Shown here piece after piece: positions 13,258 to 24,265 of a stretch of 62,000 nucleotides of DNA. The stretch spans positions 1 to 62,000 of the forward strand of contig NW_008806288.1 in assembly GCF_000400465.1 (NCBI RefSeq), written 5' to 3'. Source of the stretch: Wallemia ichthyophaga EXF-994 (Eukaryota; Fungi; Basidiomycota). A program made the position numbers and the translations under genes. The notes below the pieces were generated by a model that was given only the letters and a program-made list of their open reading frames with translations, did not search any database and was not told the origin of the DNA. Each line of letters starts with the position of its first letter. Position 1 is the first letter of the stretch.

Positions 13258-13857
13258 ATGACATCTGAAGATATTTTAGAATCAAAGCTGAAGCAGATTG
13301 ACTCAAAGAATCTGACTGGTAAATCTCATCTTATATCGGAAGCACAAGTCCTCGGACAGAACCAAGACACGAAGAATCAGTCGATTGATATTTGGTATAG
13401 GCTAGCTCAGTCTAGCGCACCTGGCGAGGAAACCTATGTACAATCTATAAACGCTATAAGTCAGCTATACTTGCAGCTCGGCAAGTTTGATAGCTCACTA
13501 AGTGTAATTGAAGATTGTGAGAGCCTTTTTCCACCCTCAAACACCCCGCTAACACAATGGATAGCCTTGGAATACACGCACAATGATAAATGCCTCAGAC
13601 AGACTCAGTGCCTCGTCTTGGACAAGCTCGGTCGCCTCGAAGAAGCTGAGAAGATATCAGCCAAGTATGATTTGAGTCATGTAGACCAAGTCATCGGCGA
13701 GAGCATCACTCAGAAAGAGGAACATGATCGTGAAAAGGCCCTGATCGCATTGAAGAATACATCTAATCGCTTCTTGGGAATCTTTGGCCTCAATACAGAC
13801 ATGCTCAATATCAATCAAGGTGAAGATGGCAATTATAGGTTTAATATAAATAAATAA
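13258..13857 (+). CDS. TTC1-like tetratricopeptide protein
   Basis: Helical TPR-like body; the C-terminus LKNTSNRFLGIFGLNTDMLNINQGEDGNYRFNINK resembles the TTC1 tail motif. Confidence 0.6.
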   Translation: MTSEDILESKLKQIDSKNLTGKSHLISEAQVLGQNQDTKNQSIDIWYRLAQSSAPGEETYVQSINAISQLYLQLGKFDSSLSVIEDCESLFPPSNTPLTQWIALEYTHNDKCLRQTQCLVLDKLGRLEEAEKISAKYDLSHVDQVIGESITQKEEHDREKALIALKNTSNRFLGIFGLNTDMLNINQGEDGNYRFNINK

Positions 13858-14204
13858 ACCAGAATACTACAAAAATGTATTATTACAAATATCAGAATAT
13901 AATTTATTACAGGATTTCGTGTTGAAAATGAAAATTGACATTGCATGTAACTATAACTGAGTGAGCAGAAGTGAAATACTCGAGACATTGGTCGAAATAT
14001 TGAGGAAACGCTAAGTATGGTTGAGATGAGATTGTAAGACCAAAACCCCCCTTGAGAAGCGGACGATGATCAGATTGAAAGATAAAAACAAAGCTGAAAA
14101 ATAAAAGCCGTGAAAGTTTGAAGACATCGATGAGTGTCATGCAGACCATGGTCTGTTTGGAAACCATCCGAAGAATATGAAAGAGATTGAGTATTATTCA
14201 TTAT

Positions 14205-16055
14205 TCATTTGTGTTGATTTAGCGGGTCGCTCCGACATAGCGGATTTATTTGTTCTGAAAGATCGAAATCAAGATCGACCATCTCCAGATCGATATACCT
14301 AGTACACATGTCTACAAATCTTGCCTCTTTTTCTTGAACTGACAGATTTGCAGAATGCTCGCTCAGGATATGAGCATGTTCCATAGCGGGTTGGTAGCAA
14401 TCTAACGCTATCTGCAAATACTTGCAAACAACGTTCGTGGGGCAATCCGAAAGAAGAACTGGATTGACAAGAGTTTGTTGTTTATTCATATCTAGAATAA
14501 GCTGTGGATTTATAGAAAAGTTGGCATTCTCAGAAACATTGTTGACAATATCCTGTAATGTCGTATGTTCATTGATTTTCTCTTTTGTGATTCTCGAGTT
14601 TTCCATCGCCAATGTGTGGAAGCTCTGTTTGACTAATTCTTCTCTGCGATTTGGCTGTTGAGGTTGATGGTGCTGCTGAGGTTGCTGATTTTGCTGAGGT
14701 TGCAACTGTTGCAACTGTTTAAATTGTACAGGCTGTAGAGGTTGACCAATTCGATTGATAGCCTCTCCAAAACGTACGCGATGCTGACTGTGGGAAGTCG
14801 AAGTCGAAGCCATAGTCGAAGCCATAAGCGCACATTGTTGAGTAGGAGCATGTTGCACGGGATCTTGTACACCTTGCACTCTCTGCCTACCCCGAGCAGC
14901 ACAAGCAACTTGATTATGCTGCCCCAAATTTGAAAAGTGGCCCAAGGTTTTAATGAACCTCTTGTATTCGAGCTCCTTCTGAGGAGAAGCCTGTATATTA
15001 TGCTGGTTAGCGTTCGCAAACTCCGATAAAGCAGAGTCGTAAGCGAAGTCGTTCTGCCCTTTTTGGTCGTGCGAAAAGTTGGCTGTTCGTTTGCTTCTTT
15101 GTAGAGCTCTTTGCGTAGCGTAAAAGTTCTCGTCGCTGTGTATAAACGTGACATCCGAAGTAGGGCCACGATGCCTATCGCTTGTCGAAGGTGCGCTACG
15201 AATCGTTGGCTTGGCTTGTGTGTCAGGTGAGGTTTTTCTTTTCTTTCCTCCTTTCATGCTGCTTGACTCATCTAGAGAGACACTGCGTTTCTTACTGTTG
15301 ATGTTGATGTTAGCACCTCTGCTTGCTGAGTCGGACGAAATTGAAGGTGTAGCATTCTACAGGCTAGCATTAGCTAGTATAAAACAACTAGAAACCTAAC
15401 TCACGTTTCCGCTGTATCTTGGAAGAGTATAGTACATACTTACTGGGTTTCTCTTCCCCTTGCTGCTTTGAGGTTTTGGCGGAATCTTACAACAGCCGGC
15501 ATGAGGCTAAACGCGGCAAGATAGGTGAGATTGGTGACAATAAAATACAGGCTACTCACGTTGCAGTATTTATCACACAGCTCTATCAGTTCTGCGTTGT
15601 TTATGTTGTATTGGTTTTTGAGTACTTGTGAGAGACCCTTCGTAACAAGTCAAGTTAGGTGAGTCGGCGTCGTCGGAAGGGCTACGTACAGAGTCCTGTG
15701 AGTGTGTGAGATGCCATTACCAAATATTCACACGTACTTACCCTCTTGATCACGAAACACCTTTTATGTTGGCAACAATATGTGACTCTGTGTGTGTTGA
15801 GGAGGCTGTAGCGGTGATTAGTCAGAGGACAATCCGAGCAAAGCGTGTCGAATCAACATACCCGTCAATAATACTTGTAAAGCTATTAAAATCGATGTTT
15901 GAGACTTCAGATGTCAGCTTATTCTGGAGAGGTGTCAGTTGTGAGTTGCTAGCTGTAAGTAAACGCACCATCATGCCGTTTGGATCAGACTTTAAAGTGG
16001 CCTTGATGTTTGTTACCAAGAAAGAGTAGCAGAGGTTCTTAGTAGACATAGACAT
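14205..16055 (-). CDS. Orphan multi-exon protein with Cys-rich N-terminal exons and a Q-rich middle
   Basis: Five canonical introns give one continuous frame: ...SIIDG|LLNTHRVTYCCQHKRCFVIKR|DS|GLSQVLKNQYNINNAELIELCDKYCN|PHAGCCKIPPK...|NATPSIS... into the 14205-15257 ORF. Confidence 0.55.
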
Positions 16056-17485
16056 GGTCGTATAAGGGGAATGAGAGGATGAAGCGCGTTTGAATGTTCA
16101 GATATCGCGCCTGATGATTTAAGCCAAATTGAGCATGGGGCTGGAGAGTGAATAGTCGAACGCATCTTTGTTGTCTGGAATGATGCAAACCTACGGTAAG
16201 TGATTGAATTTGCCGCGTTTATTGGCAATGACCGTATATGGGCTTTGCTGAAGTACAATGTCTTAGTAGGCAGAGCTAACAGACAATTCGCTTATGCCAG
16301 CGTTGTAACCTCAGCCCCTCATAATTGTTGACTTACACTCACACGCCCAGCTATGAATGCGCAGCTGACACATTCCAAATCTTCGACTTGTGGAACGCTC
16401 ATAGAGGCTAAGGTTTACTCTTGAGCTTAAGCGCGTGAGTTCTAATCTACTATGCACAAGTTTGCCATATAGCCGTGAATGGTCTCGCAGTATCTGATGA
16501 CTTGCAGTAAGCGATGAAGTGTTTAGGATACTTAACTTGCGAGCAGCTCACCTAAACCCTGCAACCTCACAAAAGGCTTCGACTTTCAAGTTTCTGTATA
16601 GAATCGCATTCGACAGATAGTAAGATGATACTATGTTAAGATGACAGGATGCGACAATGCCACCACTAGGTGCCAAGAGGATAGCTAAGATCTGTAACGT
16701 TAAAGATAAAAGTGTCTGTGTTGAATTCATTTGCTGATAAGAAGCGTCGTCTATCAAAATTGATGTCATTTCGACAATGCGAAGACAACATCATATCCAC
16801 ATCCACAGCCACTGGCAAAAGAAAAGGAAAAAAAAAAGAGAAAGAGAAAATCAAGAGCATGAAAAAAGCTGCAATTTGACTTTCCAATGCCAAAATCAAG
16901 TCGAGAATCTCAGCTGAACACACCAAAAGGTGAGATCAGGTGAGATAACCGATTGGATTATTTAAGTTGATTTAAGTCAATAAAAGAATTATAAGTAAAT
17001 CCAAAGTAAAGTCAAGAAAATTCTGTCCACGTCTTCATATACTCATCAACGTTATCGCCTAGAGCAGAAAAGCTAATGATGTACAGACAAGTATCATGTC
17101 AAGTCTGCACACAAAGCATTAACGCACTTTCATCCAATCCTCTTTTTCATTTCAGTGATGCAGTGATGGTTGGTTTCACGAAGCGCATTTAGTTCGTTCG
17201 GCTGAAGTGAATATGTCAATATATGTAAGGCGGGAGGCGGTGTGCATGCCATGAGAATGAGAAAAATCTGCGCATTCTATTTATATACGTATTGTACGCC
17301 TTCCGTTAACAATGGAAGATGTATTTTACAAAATAAAATTGTCGTTACGATGATATATAGTGAAATAGTTAATTACGTTAATTGAGTGAAACGTGAGATT
17401 TGAAACAATTAAAGCAAGCGAGTGATTGTGTTACTTTCACTAATCGCTACTCGCTACTCGCGCTATGTTGGCTGAGTTGATCTGG

Positions 17486-19727
17486 TTAATCATCTGCCTC
17501 AATTGTGTATGTTTCGGCTGAGTTTTCGGTCTTGTTGCTATTGATGATGGTGATGCTGTTTTCGTTGTCGTTATCGCCGTCGTAGCCATCGTTGTCTCCC
17601 TCTCCACCTTCATCCGCGCTACCATCTTCAAAAGGATCGTGTGCATTAAGAGCAGCAAAACGCGTCTGGGCAGCGCACCAGATACTGACTTGCATATCCC
17701 TGCTGCTGCTGCTACCATTGTCTTTACCATTGTCGATGCTAAGGTAAGACACAGGGACGTAATTGTCATCGTACCCAAACCCAGATTCAAACTCAAACGC
17801 TAATGCATCCCCGAAGCCACTGAAACTCCCGCCATTATTCTCCTTGAAGGGGAGGAGGTGTGTGTAGATCATAAGGAGGGTGTTGTAAGCGTGGTAGAGG
17901 AGGCCGCCCCAATGAATATCCGGAGAGGTGCTGAGCAGATGTACAGACTTAGCGAGAAGGGCGAAAACTCCACCCAAGTCTACATCCACATCCCCCTTCT
18001 CAAGAGGCATCTCGTAAGGAGACGCACCGACTGCGCGCAGCACCCGCACAAGGTCCTCGAGATGTTTGCGCGTCAGGGTGATGCACGGATGGGAGAGCGA
18101 GCCAATAGCCATGATTTCACCAATGCTCACACTCACTCTGTGGCGAAGTGGGAATTGGAGTGGGAGTGTTAGCGCGTGGTCACTCACCTCACCCACATCC
18201 ACATCCAGATACAGCCACACAAGGTGATGGCAGTGCTCATCTACATCCATATACTCATACGCCGTGCCGAGCGAATCGAGCAGGACGACCACGCGCGTGA
18301 ACGGATAGAGGTGGTTGTGCAGCTGGGTGAGGGTGTCTAAGGAGAAAATGTCCGCGGGCGAGCGCGTGCGCGTGTGCTTGTGCATCCTGTGCGTTCTGTG
18401 CGTCTTAAGTGCGACGCTCAGTGCGGCTATGTCTGTCTTGCTTTTGCATTTACTTGTGAAGGAGGATGTTGATACTTGGTCGCACAGCGTCAGCGACTTG
18501 CGTAAAAGCCGTTTGACAGTGATGATGAGGCGAATTTCTTGTCGAATCTCCGCGGCCACCTCGCGCACACGAGGCACGTCGACGACGAGATCGGTGTGGT
18601 TGCTGTGTATGCTATGCTCGGAGTGCTTAACATGCCATCCATCTTCTAACACCATGGCTGCATGCAGACGGTCGATGAGAATGGCTGTGTGGTGGTCGTT
18701 TGCGTCGCATAAAAGAGTTTCTACGATGTGGCTTCGTGTGTGTTCCTGATGCATACCCGCATGGACACCTACATCCACCCTATACAAACCCTCTGAATAC
18801 CCCCACTGCGGCTGCAGCTGGGTGAAGGCGTGCCACTTGCCAATAGCAAGACATTCATCGGGGAGTGCAAAGAAAAGTTTGGCGAATGGGTGTGATCGCT
18901 CGCCCATGCCATTACGTTCGCAGTACGAGACTCTCTGAAAAGGCCAGCCAGTCAGCACATCGTCTTCACCACGCAAAAGCCCACTCACTATAAAATAGCG
19001 GCTACAGAGGGAGACGAAGAGGGAGAAGGGGGTGGGAGTATGTGGGGTGTGGGTGCTGTTGTTGTTACTGATGTTGTTGCTATTATTGTTATTATTGTTG
19101 TCGCTGAAATTACTAATGTTATTGCCGTAGACATCTCTACTAAAATGAGTGTCACTCGCAGTATAACGGTGACATAACAGGGTATCCAAATTATCTTGAA
19201 GGAGCTGGTCGAGTAGCTAGAGGCAATTTCAGCAGAGTGGTTTAGTGGCTAGCGTTATAGCATTCAGCGCATTATACACTCACCTGCGTCTGAATAAGTG
19301 TGTCAGTGGTGTCTTGCTTTCTGAGCAAGCGGTACATCTTGAATGTAGAACCCCCTTCTGAGGTCGCAGCAGAGCTGTGTGTCTGGACAGTGTTCGAGAA
19401 GGCTGCTTTCATTTAATTCCAATGAGATGGTTCGTCAACACACAACAACGTCCACCCACCACAGAAGCAGTTCGAGAAAGGCGTTGGTCTGGTCATGTCA
19501 TGTGTAGGTGTTATTGTCGCATTTTGGCTGTGTGGCAGAACACCTACCGGCGGTAATAGATGGGGTGTGGCCGTGGCCTTGCCGTTTGTCGTGGCACTGG
19601 TATTGGCAGTACTTGCAGCACTTACAGTAGCCCTGTCATTAGCGTGCATTGGTTGCTCTGGCATCGTGGTGGCAGTGTGAGTCAAACTGTGCTTGTCGCG
19701 CCGGCCAAACCTAGAGCGTTTTTCCAT
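17486..19727 (-). CDS. Orphan protein (about 700 aa), three exons
   Basis: Exon 1 MEKRSRFG..., a middle exon near 19284-19410 and the 567-codon ORF 17486-19189 join via GT-AG introns. Asn tract near the start of the last exon; acidic C-terminus. Confidence 0.6.
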
Positions 19728-19876
19728 ATCGGGACGTTGGTGAAAATTTGTACGACAAGAACTGACTATATAGAGAATGATGATAGGAATGCATGCAGAT
19801 GGTAAAATAGTAGATAGCCGATAACAAAAAGCCATTTCGGTGACCTACTGCCATCACCCAACACCCAATACCCATC

Positions 19877-21229
19877 TCAGATCTCCGTCCAGCCTTCACC
19901 CACATCGACACCGCCAAACATACCCAAGACGAACACCATGGAGCTAGCGCTCAATCCCAAGCCGAAGCCTCTAAAGAGACTCTTAAAGCCGCTCCATCTG
20001 CTGCCACTACTATCGCTGCACTCCTCAGTGACAATGCGATAAACGCACTCCACCATACCTGCAGCGGGGCTGGGACGGGTATCGATGCAAGGCGTGAGTT
20101 GCCCAGGCTGTTGTGCCCTAACGAGGCTCCTATCCTGCGTCTGCAGACGCCGCCTGACAGTCTCGAGGGGGAGGGTAAGCGTCATAGTAGCGACGCTCCA
20201 CAGCAGCTCGCAGACGGCATACGTGGCGGGTCGACTATCCACACTCACGCCGAGCAGCCTCTCCACTACGAGCGGAGCGCACAGTTGGAGGAGTGACTTG
20301 AAGGACGACTCTACGATAGTGGGCAGGAGCAGGTTGGGGTGCGTCCACATTACCTGCCAGCCACCCTCGCGGTTTGCAATCTTGCGCAGTGCGTCGATGG
20401 GTCCGCTGTAAGCACGTCGGCATGTGCCGGCGGAGGTGGAGGACGTGGATTGGACAATCATCCTCGTTCGCACCAAATCGAGCGGAGAGAGGGTGACGGC
20501 AGTGAGAGTGTGGGCCAGGACATGCACTCCGAGTGGCTTGAGGGGGCTGGGTAGCTGGTGGATGGGGAGGAAGGAGAGTGTGTTTGAGGGAAGGAATATG
20601 GTGGAGAGGGCGGAGAGAAAGAGTGGCTGGAGGGTAGAGAAGGATATGTCGAATATGGATGACGTCAGAGTGCCCTTCCAAAGCCCAGAAAGACCTTCGT
20701 GAGATTTGGACACAGCGCGCATCATACGCCAGACGCCGCCATCTGCTTGTAGGGGGACAAGATAGGAGGGGCGCTGAGCAAGATAACCATCTTTGTCTTT
20801 TGGGATGTGTTTTTTAGGTTTCAAAGGAGCTTTTGGGGCGTCTTCTTCGAAACGGAAGTAGTTTGAGTGGGAGTTGAGGTCATCGGGGTCACTGGGGTCA
20901 TCGAGGTCATCGAGGTCATCGTCGTCGTCGTTTTGATCGGCATTAAGATCGCTGCTATAATAAGGACCGATTTTGAGCCTTGGGTTGTACTGAACCTGCA
21001 AGAGGACCTTACCCACTTCAAAGGGCATACTAAGAGAAGTAGCACCGAATTGAAGGAGACTGGCAGCTATAAGCTGTTTTACAGTGGTGCTGGCTTCAGA
21101 AATGTGTGAAGATGAATTTGAGTGGACAACATTGGCAGATGAATTGGGGAAGCGTGTGGGGATATCAGAGAAGGTCCAGCCGTTGGGCTGATTGGAGATG
21201 TAAGTTGAGCGGAGAGATTCTTTGGGCAT
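19877..21229 (-). CDS. UGO1: Mitochondrial fusion/transport protein Ugo1 (degenerate carrier fold)
   Basis: PFEVGKVLLQVQY followed by an acidic loop, then PLDLVRTRMIVQ and PLETVRRRLQTQ carrier motifs. Confidence 0.85.
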   Translation of the reverse strand: MPKESLRSTYISNQPNGWTFSDIPTRFPNSSANVVHSNSSSHISEASTTVKQLIAASLLQFGATSLSMPFEVGKVLLQVQYNPRLKIGPYYSSDLNADQNDDDDDLDDLDDPSDPDDLNSHSNYFRFEEDAPKAPLKPKKHIPKDKDGYLAQRPSYLVPLQADGGVWRMMRAVSKSHEGLSGLWKGTLTSSIFDISFSTLQPLFLSALSTIFLPSNTLSFLPIHQLPSPLKPLGVHVLAHTLTAVTLSPLDLVRTRMIVQSTSSTSAGTCRRAYSGPIDALRKIANREGGWQVMWTHPNLLLPTIVESSFKSLLQLCAPLVVERLLGVSVDSRPATYAVCELLWSVATMTLTLPLETVRRRLQTQDRSLVRAQQPGQLTPCIDTRPSPAAGMVECVYRIVTEECSDSSGSRWSGFKSLFRGFGLGLSASSMVFVLGMFGGVDVGEGWTEI

Positions 21230-21323
21230 TTAGTGGGATTTAGGGGGTTTAGGGGGATTTAAAGTTGGTTGTTATAAAGGATAATACAATGTAGATAAAT
21301 ACAAAAGGAATATTAAAATTAAA

Positions 21324-21782
21324 TTAAGTTGAGTGTGCGTGTGGGTGCTGCTGTGAGTGCTGTGGATGCTGTGGGTGTTGCTCGAATTTCTGTTTCAATG
21401 CGTTGATTATTTCTTGTCTATTTGAACTGGATGACTCTTCGTCGAGGCTGGCAGGTGGACTGGCTGGCGTGTATTTATGGGATGGTGAGATAGGCGGGGA
21501 GTGTGGGTGTTGCTGGGTTTGCTGTGGGTGTTGTGTGTTTTGGGCGTGTTGAGCATGTTGATGCGATGGATGATGCTGCTGCAACTCCCACTGCCATCTC
21601 ATAGCTCTCGAATACTCCATTCTTGCATTCAAAACACCCAAATTATACTCATCCTCGGCTTTCTTTGCGTTGAGTATCGTGATCAGCAGCTGAGTATCCC
21701 CACACTGCTGTTGATTAAACGTCGAGAGCAATTCTGATACAGAAACCATGACAAGTGTGATGAACGTGATGACTGTAAGCAT
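21324..21782 (-). CDS. Small uncharacterised His/Gln/Pro-rich protein
   Basis: 152 aa ATG-initiated ORF with a helical ILNAKKAEDEY segment and repeated QHPQ motifs; start codon uncertain. Confidence 0.45.
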   Translation of the reverse strand: MLTVITFITLVMVSVSELLSTFNQQQCGDTQLLITILNAKKAEDEYNLGVLNARMEYSRAMRWQWELQQHHPSHQHAQHAQNTQHPQQTQQHPHSPPISPSHKYTPASPPASLDEESSSSNRQEIINALKQKFEQHPQHPQHSQQHPHAHST

Positions 21783-22444
21783 TCCACCATTCCATTACTA
21801 CCTCAGATCCACTCCTTTTTTCTACTTGGAATTCTGTTCTTTATTTATATCTTGGCGAGATTGGCAGTGTTTTCTTTAAATTTGAGAGTGGTGCTAGTAA
21901 ATTACTAGTGGTCTACAAGTAATTTACTAATACCATTCTTTGTCAGATCCTACTATCTCCACCTACTATCACTCTACCCACACACACTCACTCTCTATAA
22001 ATATCCGCCAAGTCGATTCTAATTTTATATCATATTCCATGTTCGAAGGTGATTTGGTGCGTCTAGGCTAGTCATTACACCTTCAATCACTTCAATCAAC
22101 CTTCCCACTCCCATTTCCTTCAATTCCTCACCCTCAAATTTTCATCTTTCTCGTCTACTAAGCTTTCTATACCTATCACTTGACTTACAAAGCCACATAA
22201 TCCACCTATCACACACCAACACTTAAAAACACTCACATCTGTCCGACTGATGGGAATGTATTGAAATGAATGTGATCAAGTGATTGATACACTTGATATA
22301 CTTGATACGCTTGAAATCCATGATATACTTGCAATAATTCAAGTACTTCTGTGCTACTCCCTCCCAACCCGCTTACCAGCGTTGCTTACCGAGATTGCTT
22401 ACTCAACCACCTTCACTCGCCTACACACACAAACACACAACAAG

Positions 22445-22852
22445 ATGCCGTCAATGGGAGAACTCGCAGCACCTGTCATGCCATCAGTGCAGGCAAAGTT
22501 GGCAGAAATTACCGGTCCATTCAATGTAGTAGCCAAGGTGACTTCTGAGCCAGAACATGCAGACGACGTAGCCAAATTAATCAAAGACGTCGCCGTACTC
22601 GCTAATAGCGATGAAGAAGAGGGTACTTTAACGTGAGTGAGGCGTTATATCGTTGCAATGCTCTCACACCACTCTATCCCCAGCTACCGCATCTCCCGCG
22701 GCGTCAAAGAATCGTCCAACACTTTCATCGTTTATGAGGAGTACAATGCTCCAGCTGCTCTCACTGCCCACCTCCACTCCACACCCTTCCAAGCACTGAG
22801 CAACTACCCACACTTGCTCCACGCTGAGATGGATATCTACAGCGAGTTCTAA
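22445..22852 (+). CDS. ABM (antibiotic biosynthesis monooxygenase-like) dimeric alpha-beta barrel protein
   Basis: EEEGTLT|YRISRG...FIVYEEYNAPAALTAHLHSTPF after one intron near 22633-22683. Confidence 0.8.
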
Positions 22853-22908
22853 AGGTATTTCTAGGGGTAATTCTAAAGGTATTTCTAGACATATTTCTAG
22901 AGGTATTT
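22849..22908. repeat. 12-bp minisatellite, five units (consensus CTARAGGTATTT)
   Basis: ctaaaggtattt ctaggggtaatt ctaaaggtattt ctagacatattt ctagaggtattt, read directly from the sequence. Confidence 0.85.
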
Positions 22909-22945
22909 CTGTGTATAATACATTTATATTCTACACCATTTACAC

Positions 22946-24127
22946 CTACCCAACCCACTCCACTGGCTCTCTAAGCACCTCCTCCATCTCCATTTCCTCT
23001 GTACCCTCCTGCGTCCCCATATCCGTCATATATTCCCATCTTGCCGTCGCCGGGAGACTCATCAGAATAGATTCGATACGCGCACCGCCGGCCTGTAATG
23101 AGTTGCGTTAGTATCAAATCAAATCTACCAACGACCCACCCACATTCAATCCAAACTTTGTCCCGCGATCGTGCACCAGATTAAACTCCACATAGCGCCC
23201 TCTGCGCAGATCCTGCCAGCGTTTATGGTGGTCGTTGTACTCCACCCCTTTTCTTTTGTCGAGAATAGGCAGGTACGAATCGAGGAAAGCATCTCCGCAC
23301 TCTCGCACAAAGCCAAAGAGCTCCTCAGCGCTCTTCCCCCGCGCCAATTCCGACCCGGGTGTGAGGTCGTCGAAGAAAATGCCCCCTATTCCGCGGCATT
23401 GGTTGCGATGAGGTATGTAGAAGTAGTTATCTGCCCAGCGTTTGAATTGAGGGTAAAAGCCCGCATCGTGTTTGTCGCAAGCCTTTTTCACTGTCCCGTG
23501 GAAATGTCTGCAGTCTTCTTGATTGAGATAAGCCGGTGTGAGATCGGAGCCGCCTCCAAACCACGAGAAGATGGGTTTCGCGTTGACCAAATTTCCTGCA
23601 TTGTCCACGCCACCCTCTTGCCCCCCCTCATACAGCTCGAAATAGCGGTAGTTGGCATGCACAGTGGGGCAAAACGGGTTGCGTGGATGAATGATAAGCG
23701 ATAAGCCGACAGCGCTGAAAGGGAGGGGATGTGGATTTTGTGGGTCGTAAGGAATCCCTGCGTGGTTTGCTCGCATCTGCGCTACACCCGCCGGTGGCAG
23801 TTTGCCATGTACGATGGACACGCCGACACCTGCCTTCTCGACGTGTGTGCCGTTCTGCAGCACACAGCTTATACCCTCACCGCCCTCTTTGCGCTGCCAT
23901 TTGTCAACGCGGAATTTGGCCCCGCCGTCGAAATCTGATATTGCTTCGACTATTGTACTCTGGAGCTGCTTCACGTAGCTCGACATCTGCTGGCGCATCG
24001 GCGGTGCGGTGTGGCTATCGCTTTGGTTGTATTCTTCGCAGCTTACGCGTGCATTGCTGAACACTCCGCCCGCTAGCACCGGCAGGGCTATCGAAGAGAG
24101 AAGACCAAGACGGCCGCGGAGACTCAT
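22946..24127 (-). CDS. HEM13: Coproporphyrinogen III oxidase (aerobic)
   Basis: [60 protein letters not shown]; after the intron, [18 protein letters not shown]. Confidence 0.97.
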
Positions 24128-24265
24128 GGTGGTTCAAGGAAGACGAAGTTGTTGCCAATGGTAAACAACGAAGCGGACAAATGGACAAAGAGATAAAGAA
24201 TATTTTAGCTTAATTCTGTTTCTGTTGCTTACACCAACACCACCACACCACCACACCAACACTCC

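Noticed and set aside
13907-14167. 86 aa ORF downstream of the orphan gene
   Set aside because: No convincing splice link to the 14205 ORF and no recognisable motif; probably 3' UTR.
24040-24127. Mitochondrial-type leader on Hem13, unlike cytosolic yeast Hem13
   Set aside because: Mitochondrial targeting of coproporphyrinogen oxidase is already established in animals, so it is not novel enough to list.
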